Shown here piece after piece: positions 46,724 through 55,819 of a DNA stretch of 64,000 nucleotides. Under the pieces are notes generated by a model that did not search any database, was not told where the DNA came from, and saw only the letters and a program-made list of their open reading frames with translations. Source of the stretch: an uncultured Acidobacteriaceae bacterium (GTDB lineage Bacteria > Acidobacteriota > Terriglobia > Terriglobales > Acidobacteriaceae); assembly GCA_963794965.1 (NCBI GenBank), contig CAWCFQ010000004.1, positions 654,789-718,788 of the forward strand, written 5' to 3'. The translations under genes and the position numbers were made by a program. The number at the start of each line of letters is the position of its first letter. The first letter of the stretch is position 1.

Positions 46724-47149
46724 TTACTGCGGTTGCGGTTCGCTTGGCGGAGGCGGAGGCGGCGTACCCATGCCGCCATGGTGCATCATGCCCGGATGCG
46801 ACATGCCTCCGGGACCCATGTCCTCCATGTGTTTCATCATCTGTTCCATGTGGCCAACCATCATCGTCCACATGTCCACGTTGGCTTGCCAGCGCTCCTT
46901 CTCCGCGGAATCGCTGATCTTGGCCACGTTGCCTTTCAGTTGCTCAAGCGACGCCTTCATCTTGTCCACGTCAGCCTTCATGGCGTCCATGTGCTGTTTC
47001 TGCATCTCCATCATCTGATGATGTTCCATGCCCATCTGACCGGGGCCGCCCTTGGCGGGAGGCGCTGCTGGCGGTGCGCTCTGCGTCTGCGCCCACGCCA
47101 GAGATGCCAGGGCCAAAATCACGGTAAACAAAACGCTCTTGTGATTCAT
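46724..47149 (-). CDS. Secreted Met/His-rich protein (possible periplasmic Cu/Ag-binding protein)
   Basis: Signal peptide ending LAWAQ, followed by MGMEHHQMMEMQKQHMDAM ... MMVGHMEQMMKHMEDMGPGGMSHPGMMHHGGM and a Pro-rich tail. Confidence 0.6.
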   Translation of the reverse strand: MNHKSVLFTVILALASLAWAQTQSAPPAAPPAKGGPGQMGMEHHQMMEMQKQHMDAMKADVDKMKASLEQLKGNVAKISDSAEKERWQANVDMWTMMVGHMEQMMKHMEDMGPGGMSHPGMMHHGGMGTPPPPPPSEPQPQ

Positions 47150-47207
47150 AAAGACTTATCCTTTCCAACAGCCAGTGCAAGTATATGCCTGGACCATGCT
47201 CTGAGCT

Positions 47208-48377
47208 CTAGCCCGCAACGCACTGCAGCAACCGCGCCACGCCTTCTCGAAACGCTTCGGGTTTGGTGATCAAGCTCACCACCAGATGCCCCTCCTGCGC
47301 GAAATCGTAGAAGTGCCCCGGATGCACGATGACCCCCATTTTTCGCAGGAGATCAACCGCCAGATCTTCGTCGGTTCCCAGTGCCGGCACCCGCAGCACC
47401 ACATACCACCCGCCCTCGACTTGCAGCCGAGTGCACGAGGGACTACCTGCGAGCTGCCCATCAAGCTCCGCCAGATTCACCCGCAAACGATCCAGAAGAA
47501 TGGGCTGAATTTGCTTGCGCTGCTCCAGCAGCACCGAAGCCGCCAGTTGCACCGGAGTGTTCATGGAAAGATAGGTATCGGCGATGACTTCCAGACGCGC
47601 TCCCGCTTCGCTGACCGCTTCTTTCCGGCCGCTCGCCGCCACCCAGGCAAGTTTCATCTGCGGCAGTGCGGAAATCTTTGAAACTCCGCTCAGAGTAAAC
47701 GTGAGCGCGTCATCGTTAGCCACGAAACTGCTCCGCGGCGCGCCGTCGTGCGCATAGTCCAGAAACACTTCGTCCACAATCAGCGCCAGATCGTAATCAC
47801 GGCAGAAAGCGTTGAGCGCCACAGTCTCCGAAGCGGAGACGTAAGAGCCGGTCGGGTTGTTGGGGTGGACGAGAATCACGGCCCGCGATCGGGTGCTGGC
47901 CGCCTTGTAGAGCGAATCGAAATCGACTTGCCAGCCGTGATCGTAGAGCAGCGGATACGGAACCAGCTTAACGTCAGACAGATCGGCCAGAAATTCGAAT
48001 AGCGGATAGCTCGGCTTGGGTACAAGAATCTCGTCTCCGGGATTGCACAGCAGCCGGAATACATACGAGTAAGCCTCGCTGGTGCTGGTGGTCAGAATCA
48101 GGAGTTCGGGATCGAGATCGAAAACCTCGTGCGCCTCGCGATAGTAGCGGCACACGGCCTGTCGCGCCTCAAGCATACCCCGGGGCTGAGGGTCGTAATG
48201 CATCGCTTCAGGATTCGACAGTGCCGCGAGCACGATTTCCGGGTCGGGACGGATACCAGCTTCGGTCGGGTTCGCGACCGTGAGATCCAGTATCTCCTGT
48301 CCCGAAGCGCGCGCTTCCTCGATTGCGCGCGTGAGCGCATTCGGTGCGAGCCGCCAGTTTGTGCGATTCGAAAACAT
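47208..48377 (-). CDS. Pyridoxal-phosphate-dependent aminotransferase (class I/II)
   Basis: The N-terminus SNRTNWRLAPNALT..ILDLTVANPT is typical of AlaA-like enzymes. HPNNPTG and the SGVSK PLP-lysine region are present. Confidence 0.85.
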   Translation of the reverse strand: MFSNRTNWRLAPNALTRAIEEARASGQEILDLTVANPTEAGIRPDPEIVLAALSNPEAMHYDPQPRGMLEARQAVCRYYREAHEVFDLDPELLILTTSTSEAYSYVFRLLCNPGDEILVPKPSYPLFEFLADLSDVKLVPYPLLYDHGWQVDFDSLYKAASTRSRAVILVHPNNPTGSYVSASETVALNAFCRDYDLALIVDEVFLDYAHDGAPRSSFVANDDALTFTLSGVSKISALPQMKLAWVAASGRKEAVSEAGARLEVIADTYLSMNTPVQLAASVLLEQRKQIQPILLDRLRVNLAELDGQLAGSPSCTRLQVEGGWYVVLRVPALGTDEDLAVDLLRKMGVIVHPGHFYDFAQEGHLVVSLITKPEAFREGVARLLQCVAG

Positions 48378-48399
48378 AAATTCCCGTAACCCTCAAGCC

Positions 48400-48475
48400 T
48401 GTGAATAAGATTCGTATCAGGGCACGCCTTCGGGCGTGCCGCAGGTGCCGTTTAGAAATGCGCCTTTAGGCGCTG
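48400..48475 (+). repeat. Two-hairpin dispersed repeat, copy B
   Basis: ggcacgcc-ttcg-ggcgtgcc followed by gcgcct-tt-aggcgc. Both stems differ from copies A and C by paired (compensatory) changes. Confidence 0.65.
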
Positions 48476-48533
48476 CAACGCCTTCTCGCGATGGCAAACC
48501 CGGCACCTCCCTAACTCCCGCCACCTCCATCTC

Positions 48534-50903
48534 ATGCTAGACTCGCAATTGAGTGAACCACCTTTGCGGATGCGCATCCTCACCCGCTACATTCTGGGAG
48601 AAGTCGTCTCCCACGCCCTGATCGGCGCGGCGGTTTTCACATTCGTTCTCTTCACCCGCGACCTCGGCCGCATCCTCGAACTGGTGGTCCGCAACAGCGC
48701 GCCCTTGCCCAGCGTAGCAGAAATTTTCTTCTTCACCGTCCCCGTCGCCCTCACCTACACCATTCCCATGGGCGTGCTCGTCGGCATTCTCATCGGACTC
48801 AGCCGCCTGGCTGCGGACAGCGAAATCACCGCCATGCGCGCCAGCGGCCTGGGCGTCTGGACCTTCCTGCGTGTGATCTCGATCTTCGTGGTCGTGGCCT
48901 GGCTGCTTGCTCTCGGCAACAGCGTCTATCTCGCGCCTCGTTCGCTCACCGCCCTGGGAGAGCTCCAGGACGACCTCAAGTCTTCTCAAGCTTCTTTTGA
49001 AGTTCAGCCGCGCGTGTTTTACGAGGGATTCCCGAAGATCATCCTCTACGTACAGGACGTCAAAGCCATGGCCGGCGGAGCCCTCTGGAAGGGCGTGTTC
49101 CTCGCGGACCTGACTGACCCCGCCGCGCCCCGCATCAGCCTCGCCCACGAAGGCCTGCTCGTCAGCCAGGGGCCCGATACCCTCGACTTGCATCTCACCA
49201 ACGGCTCCACGCACGAAAACGATCCCAAGAATCCCGACCAGTACCAGATCTCCACCTTTCAGACGACTGACATCCCCATCCAGATCCCTGCATCACAAAG
49301 CAGTCAGGAACACGAACCCACGTCACTCGGCGAGATCAATGTCGCCGAACTCCTCCGCAGCGCGCGAACCGCCGACCCCATGACCCGCCGCTGGCACCTG
49401 ATCGAATACCACCGCCGCCTCGCCCTGCCGACCGCCTGCATCGTCCTCGCCCTGGTCGGCATTCCGCTCGGCTTGTCCTCCAAGAAAGGTGGCAAGTCCA
49501 GCGGATTTGTCCTGACCATTCTGCTGGTCTTTCTTTACTATTCGATTTCTTTGATTGGAGTCTCTTTCGCGCGCCAGGGACGTCTCTCTCCCGCCGCCGG
49601 GGTTTGGCTCGCCGACTTCGTGTTTCTTCTCGGAGGCGTTCTTCTGCTCTGGCAATCGGAACGCCGCCCCATCGAACTGGCTGGGATCCGGTCGTGGTTT
49701 AAGGCTGCAAAGTTTAGAGCGCCGGCTCTCCCACTGAACGGCGCATCGGGGCCCCTTCGCGAAAGCATCTTTACCCGCTGGCCCCGGCGCTGGCGCTTGT
49801 TTAATCTTCGTTTCCCCACCATCCTCGACGATTATGTGCTGCGCGACTTTACCCTCTATTTGGGGATGATCGTCGCCGCTTTCCTCATGCTGCTCCTGGT
49901 GTTCACCCTGTTCGAATTGCTCAGCGATATTCTGCGCAATCAGGTCTCGCCCCTCACCGTGGGCGAATATTTACTGAACGTGGTGCCCTATTTTCTCTAT
50001 AACACCACGCCCCTCAGCATGCTGCTGGCGGTTCTGGTCACTTTCGGACTGCTGCAGCGTTCCAACGAAATCACGGCCATCAAGGCCACTGGCATCAGTC
50101 TTTACCGCGTCATCGTCCCCGTTTTGATCTCCGCCACACTCGTCGCCGGCGTGCTCTTTCTCTCCGACCAACTCTATCTCCCTTACACCAACAAACGTCA
50201 GGACGCGCTCCGCAACCAGATCAAGGGCAAGCCCGCGCAAACCTACCTCCGCCCTGAGCGCCAGTGGATGTTCGGCCAGCATTCTGATATTTACTACTAT
50301 CAATTCTTCGACCCCGACCGCGATGTCTTCGGTGGCATCTCCGTGTTCCAGTTCGATCCGCATACTTTCCAGATCACCCATCGCATCACTGCCGATCGCG
50401 CGCACTGGTCAAACTCCATGGGCCGATGGGTTTACGAGCAGGGATGGGAGCGAAGCTTAAACGGCGCTGCCATCGAGAACTACCGCAAGTTCGATGTCGC
50501 CACTTACCCCGAATTGGCGGAAGCGCCCGCCTACTTCAAGAAGGAAATCAAACAGTCGTCGGAAATGAGCTACGACGAGCTCCGCCGCTACATTTACGAT
50601 CTCGAACAAAGTGGTTTTGACGTGGTCCGCCTGCGCGTCCAACTGCAAAAGAAGATTGCCTATCCGCTGATCACGCTGGTAATGGCCATCCTCGCCATTC
50701 CCTTCGCGCTTTCCGCCGGCAAGCGCACCGCGCTGGCAGGGGTTGCCACCGCCATCGGCATCGGCGTTGTCTATTGGACGCTCTCCGGCTTATTCGAGGC
50801 GATGGGCAATCTGAGCCAACTCCCGCCCGCAGTTGCCGCCTGGTCCCCAGACCTGGTCTTCGGCTTCATCGGAGGCTATTTAATCCTTCGGATGCCAACC
50901 TAA
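48534..50903 (+). CDS. Fused LptF-LptG-type LPS export permease (two YjgP/YjgQ modules in one ORF)
   Basis: The first module begins MRILTRYILGEV (the ATG at 48570 may be the true start). The second begins ILDDYVLRDFTLYLGMIV near residue 430. There is no stop between them. Confidence 0.8.
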   Translation: MLDSQLSEPPLRMRILTRYILGEVVSHALIGAAVFTFVLFTRDLGRILELVVRNSAPLPSVAEIFFFTVPVALTYTIPMGVLVGILIGLSRLAADSEITAMRASGLGVWTFLRVISIFVVVAWLLALGNSVYLAPRSLTALGELQDDLKSSQASFEVQPRVFYEGFPKIILYVQDVKAMAGGALWKGVFLADLTDPAAPRISLAHEGLLVSQGPDTLDLHLTNGSTHENDPKNPDQYQISTFQTTDIPIQIPASQSSQEHEPTSLGEINVAELLRSARTADPMTRRWHLIEYHRRLALPTACIVLALVGIPLGLSSKKGGKSSGFVLTILLVFLYYSISLIGVSFARQGRLSPAAGVWLADFVFLLGGVLLLWQSERRPIELAGIRSWFKAAKFRAPALPLNGASGPLRESIFTRWPRRWRLFNLRFPTILDDYVLRDFTLYLGMIVAAFLMLLLVFTLFELLSDILRNQVSPLTVGEYLLNVVPYFLYNTTPLSMLLAVLVTFGLLQRSNEITAIKATGISLYRVIVPVLISATLVAGVLFLSDQLYLPYTNKRQDALRNQIKGKPAQTYLRPERQWMFGQHSDIYYYQFFDPDRDVFGGISVFQFDPHTFQITHRITADRAHWSNSMGRWVYEQGWERSLNGAAIENYRKFDVATYPELAEAPAYFKKEIKQSSEMSYDELRRYIYDLEQSGFDVVRLRVQLQKKIAYPLITLVMAILAIPFALSAGKRTALAGVATAIGIGVVYWTLSGLFEAMGNLSQLPPAVAAWSPDLVFGFIGGYLILRMPT

Positions 50904-50921
50904 TCATGAAACCGTTTGCGA

Positions 50922-51013
50922 CATTGAATCATTGAGGCATTGAATCATTTGAAACCCAGCGTGGAACTGAGGTTTTCAATCATTCAATGACCAAATGATT
51001 GAATGATTCAATG
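50922..51013. repeat. Word hairpin, CATTGAATCATT family
   Basis: cattgaatcattgaggcattgaatcatttgaaa ... ttttcaatcattcaatgaccaaatgattgaatgattcaatg. It lies between convergent genes. Confidence 0.65.
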
Positions 51014-51017
51014 TTTT

Positions 51018-52502
51018 TTAGTGCGCCGCCATCCCGCTCGGTGTCGGCAGGCTATCGACCGTGAGCGGACTGCTCATCGATCCGCTCGTCGTGCTCAGCC
51101 CAAAGCCCATAATGTTGCTCGAGTTACTGTTTGACACGTAAAGAAACTGCCCCGTGTTGTCTACACTCGGATGCAGCGCCAGCGCCCCCGGCTGTGCTCC
51201 GGATCCGGTCGGATAGCTCGCCGGGCTCAGCGCCGTCAAGGTTCCCGCCGCGGTGCTAATGCGAAATCCAAAAACCTGGCTCGTTCCCTCGGCGACCACG
51301 TAGAGAAAGCTGTTGGTCGGATCTACCACCATGGCAACCGGGTTCTGTCCCGCCGAGGTCGGCGGTATCTGGCAAGACAAATTCGGACACGTTGTCAATG
51401 GAAACATTAGATCTTGAGCCACTTGCTGCTGCGTGCAGTTCGCATTGCCGACCACTGTGCACACCTGGAACGGATAGAGGGCGCCGACTACGCCTCCCTG
51501 GCCCACATACACAAACAGGCCGCCGGAATTTTCACCAGCCGGATTCGTGTAAACCGCCTGAACCGAGATGGGATTCACCGCCGCCACCGCATAAGGCGAA
51601 AGCGTCTGCTCGGTGAGCACGCCCGAGGAACTCACGGTATACACGCTCACCGAATTGTCATTGGGCGGTGCCGGGGCCGGAGCCGGGGGCGGGTTCCCTG
51701 GTTGAACGCACGCCACCGTGCAAAGGTCATAGTTGTTAGTTACAAAGAGAAGTTCCTGGGCCGCTCCGCCGGGTGGCGTGAACGTAATGGGCGAAAGCGC
51801 ACTCGGACTCTTGCTCAGGAAGAGCGGACTTTGGTAGGCAGAGTTTTGGCTTACGAATGTCAACAATGTCAACGCGGTTGAGGGCGGCTTTGGCATGGCA
51901 AACACCGAGATGGACGGACAGCCCGCAAAATCCGCGGCCTGCGTAGCGTTCGTAGCAGCCATAGCAATCGCCGGGCAAGTTTCCGGAAGAGGGTAAGACC
52001 CGTAATCGATCACGAACAGGAACTGTCCCGCGGCATCCCGCGTCATGGCCACCGCAGAGTCGGGGTAGGTGGTCCAGTTTACCGCCGTGCCTGGGTTTGA
52101 CAGGCTCCCATCCGAGTTCACCGTATACGGGTAAATCGAAGGCGCAATAGGATTATTTTCACCGGGCCCGCAAGCGGGACATGCCGGTGCACCCTGATTC
52201 AGCACGTACGCCGTCGCACCCGTCGGGTCGAGCAGAATCTCCAGTGGAAGTCCGCACGGTTCGGGATTGTCCTGGCTCGCCTGCGCAGGACACGTGCTCG
52301 CATTCGCGTTGACCAGCGACAGGTTGCCGCTGTCCAAGTCGATGGCATAGGAATTCACGTTGTTCCCAATCCCGGTGCTCCCCTGGGTCAGCACATACAA
52401 CATTCCCGCGGGTCGTGAAGAGGAACTTCCGCAATTCAGCAGAAACAAACTCAGGGCACCGAGCCCCACCAGCGCAACCACTCCGCCTATTTTCTTCGAC
52501 AT
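51018..52502 (-). CDS. Lipoprotein, beta-propeller (lactonase/YVTN-like) fold
   Basis: Lipobox LFLLNCGSSSS. Repeated YVxxxGS / FxYVxN strand motifs are typical of 7-bladed lactonase-like propellers. Confidence 0.55.
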   Translation of the reverse strand: MSKKIGGVVALVGLGALSLFLLNCGSSSSRPAGMLYVLTQGSTGIGNNVNSYAIDLDSGNLSLVNANASTCPAQASQDNPEPCGLPLEILLDPTGATAYVLNQGAPACPACGPGENNPIAPSIYPYTVNSDGSLSNPGTAVNWTTYPDSAVAMTRDAAGQFLFVIDYGSYPLPETCPAIAMAATNATQAADFAGCPSISVFAMPKPPSTALTLLTFVSQNSAYQSPLFLSKSPSALSPITFTPPGGAAQELLFVTNNYDLCTVACVQPGNPPPAPAPAPPNDNSVSVYTVSSSGVLTEQTLSPYAVAAVNPISVQAVYTNPAGENSGGLFVYVGQGGVVGALYPFQVCTVVGNANCTQQQVAQDLMFPLTTCPNLSCQIPPTSAGQNPVAMVVDPTNSFLYVVAEGTSQVFGFRISTAAGTLTALSPASYPTGSGAQPGALALHPSVDNTGQFLYVSNSNSSNIMGFGLSTTSGSMSSPLTVDSLPTPSGMAAH

Positions 52503-52526
52503 CTACGCTCCCAAAAATTGTATCGA

Positions 52527-52606
52527 GTGATCGGATGATCAGGTCGATCGAAGATCAAGCGCCTTTGACCTTAAATGGCCCGATGGCCCGATCACCCGAT
52601 GATCAT
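52527..52606. repeat. Word hairpin, GATCGG / CCCGATCA family (related to 27518-27600)
   Basis: gtgatcggatgatcaggtcgatcg ... ggcccgatggcccgatcacccgatgatcat. Several register-shifted pairings are possible. Confidence 0.55.
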
Positions 52607-52617
52607 TGATTTGTGTA

Positions 52618-54042
52618 TCAGGAACCAGTGGGAAGAGCAACCGGCGCCACTGCCGGAATCCGGATTTCAATCTCTAACCCACCTTCTTTTCGGTTGGATG
52701 CACGAAGTTGTCCGCCGTGCAGCCTGATTGCCCGATCCGCAATCGACAATCCCAACCCCGCGCCGCCAGTCTGCCGGTTGCGCGCGTCGTCTAGCCGATA
52801 AAACGGCTCCAATATCTTCTGCAGCGCTTCGTCGGGAACGCCGGGGCCGGAATCCAGTACCCGAACAATAAGCTCTTCCTCGCCATTCGCCGGTCGCTGC
52901 CGTTCCAGTCGCACTTCCACCGTCGTGCCTTCAGCAGTATACCGCGTTGCGTTCCTCACCACATTCTCCACCGCGCTCCGGAGCAAGTCGGCATCGGCCT
53001 CCACCAGAAACTGATCCGCAGGATCCGCCGTAGCCTCCGCCGCAACTCGGCATCGCCGCCCGGGAGTTTCGTACTCGGCGTCGCGCGCCACTTGCTCTAC
53101 CAGTTCCCGCAGCGGCAATTTGGTCTTTCGCAGCCCGTCCGTTCCCGACTCCAGCCGCGAAATGGTCAGCAACCGCTGGATCAGTTGGTTCAGCCGGTCG
53201 GCCTCCAGTTCGATTCGGTTCAACGCGTTTTCAAACTCTGGCGCAACTCCCGGGGCGGCCTCCGAAGCTGCTCGCTGCCGCGCCAGCCCCAGCGCCACAC
53301 TTAACCGGGCCAGCGGAGATCGCAGTTCGTGGGAAACATCCTTCAGCAGTCGCGATTGCGAATCCACCAGCCCTTCGATCCGTTCCGCCATGCGATCAAA
53401 ATCGCGCATCAACTCCGTCAGGTCGTCGCGCCCGCCGCCTGCCGGAGCGCCCGTGCGCGCGCTCAAGTCGCCCGCCGCCAGACTCTGCGCCGCTTTCCGC
53501 AAACGCGTGACCGGACTGGTCATCGACCAGGCCAGAAAATAGCAAACCAGTCCCGACAAAATTACCGCGATTCCCAGCAACGGAATGTCGTGCGGACCGA
53601 AAAATACCCGCGGTCCCGGAGGCAACTCCAACACCAGCGTGTACCGCTTTCCATCCAGCGTCAGCGCCTGCCGCACCATGCGGTCCGGCATCAGATTGTC
53701 CATCCATTCACGGTGCCGGGGCGGACCGCCGCGCAGTGCTCCGCCCTCCCGGACGTCCTCGACCCAGGACGGCACATGGCGTCCGCTGACTTCATGGCCC
53801 GCCGGATCAAAGACAAATGCCCGCACGTGCTGCGTGTGCCAGAGTTCTTCCAGGTAATCGCGGGCGCCATGCTCTCCCCCACTCTGATACGCGTTCACGG
53901 CTTCAGCCAGCATTTGTGGGGCTTGGCTTTCCATCGCGTGCCGTGGCGGACGCAATGCGATCGTCACCAGAATCGCCAGCACCATGGACAGCGCCAGCGC
54001 TGCCCACAGTGACAGAAAAATCTTAAGGAAAAGGCTCTTCAT
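52618..54042 (-). CDS. Sensor histidine kinase (HAMP-HisKA-HATPase; CpxA/BaeS-like)
   Basis: Two TM segments, a HAMP domain, H-box SHELRSPLARL, N-box NVVRNATRY and G-box GGAGLGLSIA. Confidence 0.9.
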   Translation of the reverse strand: MKSLFLKIFLSLWAALALSMVLAILVTIALRPPRHAMESQAPQMLAEAVNAYQSGGEHGARDYLEELWHTQHVRAFVFDPAGHEVSGRHVPSWVEDVREGGALRGGPPRHREWMDNLMPDRMVRQALTLDGKRYTLVLELPPGPRVFFGPHDIPLLGIAVILSGLVCYFLAWSMTSPVTRLRKAAQSLAAGDLSARTGAPAGGGRDDLTELMRDFDRMAERIEGLVDSQSRLLKDVSHELRSPLARLSVALGLARQRAASEAAPGVAPEFENALNRIELEADRLNQLIQRLLTISRLESGTDGLRKTKLPLRELVEQVARDAEYETPGRRCRVAAEATADPADQFLVEADADLLRSAVENVVRNATRYTAEGTTVEVRLERQRPANGEEELIVRVLDSGPGVPDEALQKILEPFYRLDDARNRQTGGAGLGLSIADRAIRLHGGQLRASNRKEGGLEIEIRIPAVAPVALPTGS

Positions 54043-54060
54043 AACTTCCGGGAACGGCTC

Positions 54061-54127
54061 CTGGCTTCTGGCTTCTAGCTGCTAGCAAACGGGGATCGCC
54101 AGAAGCCAGTAGCTAGAAGCCAGTAGC
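54061..54127. repeat. Word hairpin, CTGGCTTCTAGCT / AGCTAGAAGCCAG family, between the response regulator and kinase genes
   Basis: Two alternative perfect pairings: 54061-54072 with 54098-54109 (12 bp), and 54068-54080 with 54111-54123 (13 bp). Confidence 0.75.
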
Positions 54128-54131
54128 GATT

Positions 54132-54851
54132 CTATTTCTTCGTCTTAACCGCCGGCCGCGCAAACATGTATCCTACGCCGCGAATCGTCTTGATGTGATC
54201 GCCGTTTTCTTCGGAGTCGCCCAGCTTCCGCCGCACCTTGCTGACGTGCATATCAATGCTGCGATCGAACGGCATGAATTTCCGGCTCAGTACCGCATTC
54301 ACTAGGCGCTCCCGAGTCACCACTCGCCCAGCCTCGCGCAGCAGCACTTCCAGCAGATTGAATTCCACCGAAGTCAGATCGACCGGTTGCCCCGCTCGCG
54401 ACACACTGCGCGTAGCCGGATCCAATTCCACGTCGCCCACCGTTAGCACCTCCGGCACCCCGTCAGTCGCGCTGGCGGGCTTGGTGCGCCGCAGGATCGC
54501 TCGGATTCGCGCCACCAGTTCCCGTGGGTTAAACGGCTTCGGAAGATAATCGTCCGCTCCGATTTCCAGCCCCACGATGCGGTCCACATCTTCGCCGCGC
54601 GCCGTCAACAGCAGCACTGGAATCTTCGACACGCTGCGAATCCGCCGCAGCACTTCGAAGCCATTGATCCCCGGCAGCATCACGTCGAGCACGATCAACG
54701 CATACTCGTTGGTCAGCGCCTGTTGCAGCCCCTGTTCGCCGTCATGGACAGCCTTCAGGCTGAACCCCTCGGCTGTCAGGTACTCCTGCACTAGACCGCA
54801 CAATTCAACGTCGTCATCCACCACCAGTACGTGTTCCATTCTCTTCATCAT
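54132..54851 (-). CDS. OmpR-family response regulator (CpxR-like)
   Basis: Receiver domain VLVVDDD...DVMLPG...LTAR with a winged-helix C-terminus TIRGVGYMF. Confidence 0.92.
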   Translation of the reverse strand: MMKRMEHVLVVDDDVELCGLVQEYLTAEGFSLKAVHDGEQGLQQALTNEYALIVLDVMLPGINGFEVLRRIRSVSKIPVLLLTARGEDVDRIVGLEIGADDYLPKPFNPRELVARIRAILRRTKPASATDGVPEVLTVGDVELDPATRSVSRAGQPVDLTSVEFNLLEVLLREAGRVVTRERLVNAVLSRKFMPFDRSIDMHVSKVRRKLGDSEENGDHIKTIRGVGYMFARPAVKTKK

Positions 54852-54913
54852 TCAACACCTTCACTCGCCGCCACGCAGTAAAGATTTGTGATTGCTGAAA
54901 CGGCTGCGAGCCG

Positions 54914-54973
54914 CTGGCTTCTAGCTGCTAGCAAACCCGGTTCGCTAGTAGCCAGTAGCTAGAAGCCAGTAGC
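54914..54973. repeat. Word hairpin, same family as 54061-54127, upstream of the response regulator
   Basis: ctggcttctagct (54914-54926) pairs perfectly with agctagaagccag (54957-54969). About 60 nt are nearly identical to the other copy. Confidence 0.75.
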
Positions 54974-55104
54974 TCTTTACAAAACTTTACCGCGCTTGAC
55001 TGACTCTTTACCTCCTCTTCTCCGGAACGGTGTTCTTATCAGCATAGATGTCCGGGCTGTCTCCCGGAACCTACGAGATCAATAGCACGCTAAAAGGAGT
55101 TCCA

Positions 55105-55572
55105 ATGAAATCAACTCGTACACGTATTCTCGCCATCGGCGCCGCTGTCCTGCTGATTGCTGCAGGCGCGATTGCACAAGGCCGCCACGGTTTTGGTGGC
55201 CCCGGCGGCGATTTCCGCCACATGCTCCGGCAACTCGACTTAACCCCTGACCAACACAGCCAGGTCAAGGCGATTTTCGAAAAAGAGAAGCCGACTCTGC
55301 AACCGCTGATGCAGCAGATGCGGCAAAATCATCAGGCCATGAAAGCTCTGCAGGCCAGTGGCGCCTTCGACGAAGCTAAAACTCGCACCCTGGCGACGCA
55401 AAATGCACAGACCATGATTGAGCTCCAGGTTGAGCATGCCCGCATGCAGTCCGAAATCATGCAGATTCTGACCGCCGATCAAAAAGCCAAACTGGCTCAG
55501 ATCGAGGCCAACAAGGAAGCGCGCATGCAAGAGCACATGAAAAACCAAACGCCGCCTCCGTCCGAGCAATAA
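55105..55572 (+). CDS. Spy/CpxP-family periplasmic chaperone-like protein
   Basis: AAGGAG lies 5 nt before the ATG at 55105. It has a signal peptide and two LTXXQ motifs (LTPDQ, LTADQ). It is divergent from the CpxRA-like pair. Confidence 0.75.
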   Translation: MKSTRTRILAIGAAVLLIAAGAIAQGRHGFGGPGGDFRHMLRQLDLTPDQHSQVKAIFEKEKPTLQPLMQQMRQNHQAMKALQASGAFDEAKTRTLATQNAQTMIELQVEHARMQSEIMQILTADQKAKLAQIEANKEARMQEHMKNQTPPPSEQ

Positions 55573-55819
55573 CTCGGTACTGCTGGCGCTCTCTCCCCCG
55601 GGTGGGGAACGGAACCTCCAATCTCCGTCCTCGCCCGGCTTTTTGCCCAGTGGAGGAACCGAATGGAACGCGCCGACCTGCTCTACTCGGGATTGATGTT
55701 CGCCGCAGGCATCCTGTCCGTCTGGACTGCGCTGCTGCTTACCGCCACCTGCGTTGCTTTAGCGCCCGCGCTCCGAAAATCCGCACCGCCCGCTGCTACA
55801 ATTTCATCTACAGAGCATC

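Noticed and set aside
54061-54127. Short tandem words (here and at other word hairpins) considered as a CRISPR array
   Set aside because: The repeat units are only 6-13 nt and directly abut one another, or form inverted arms. There are no 25-40-nt unique spacers and no cas genes in the window.
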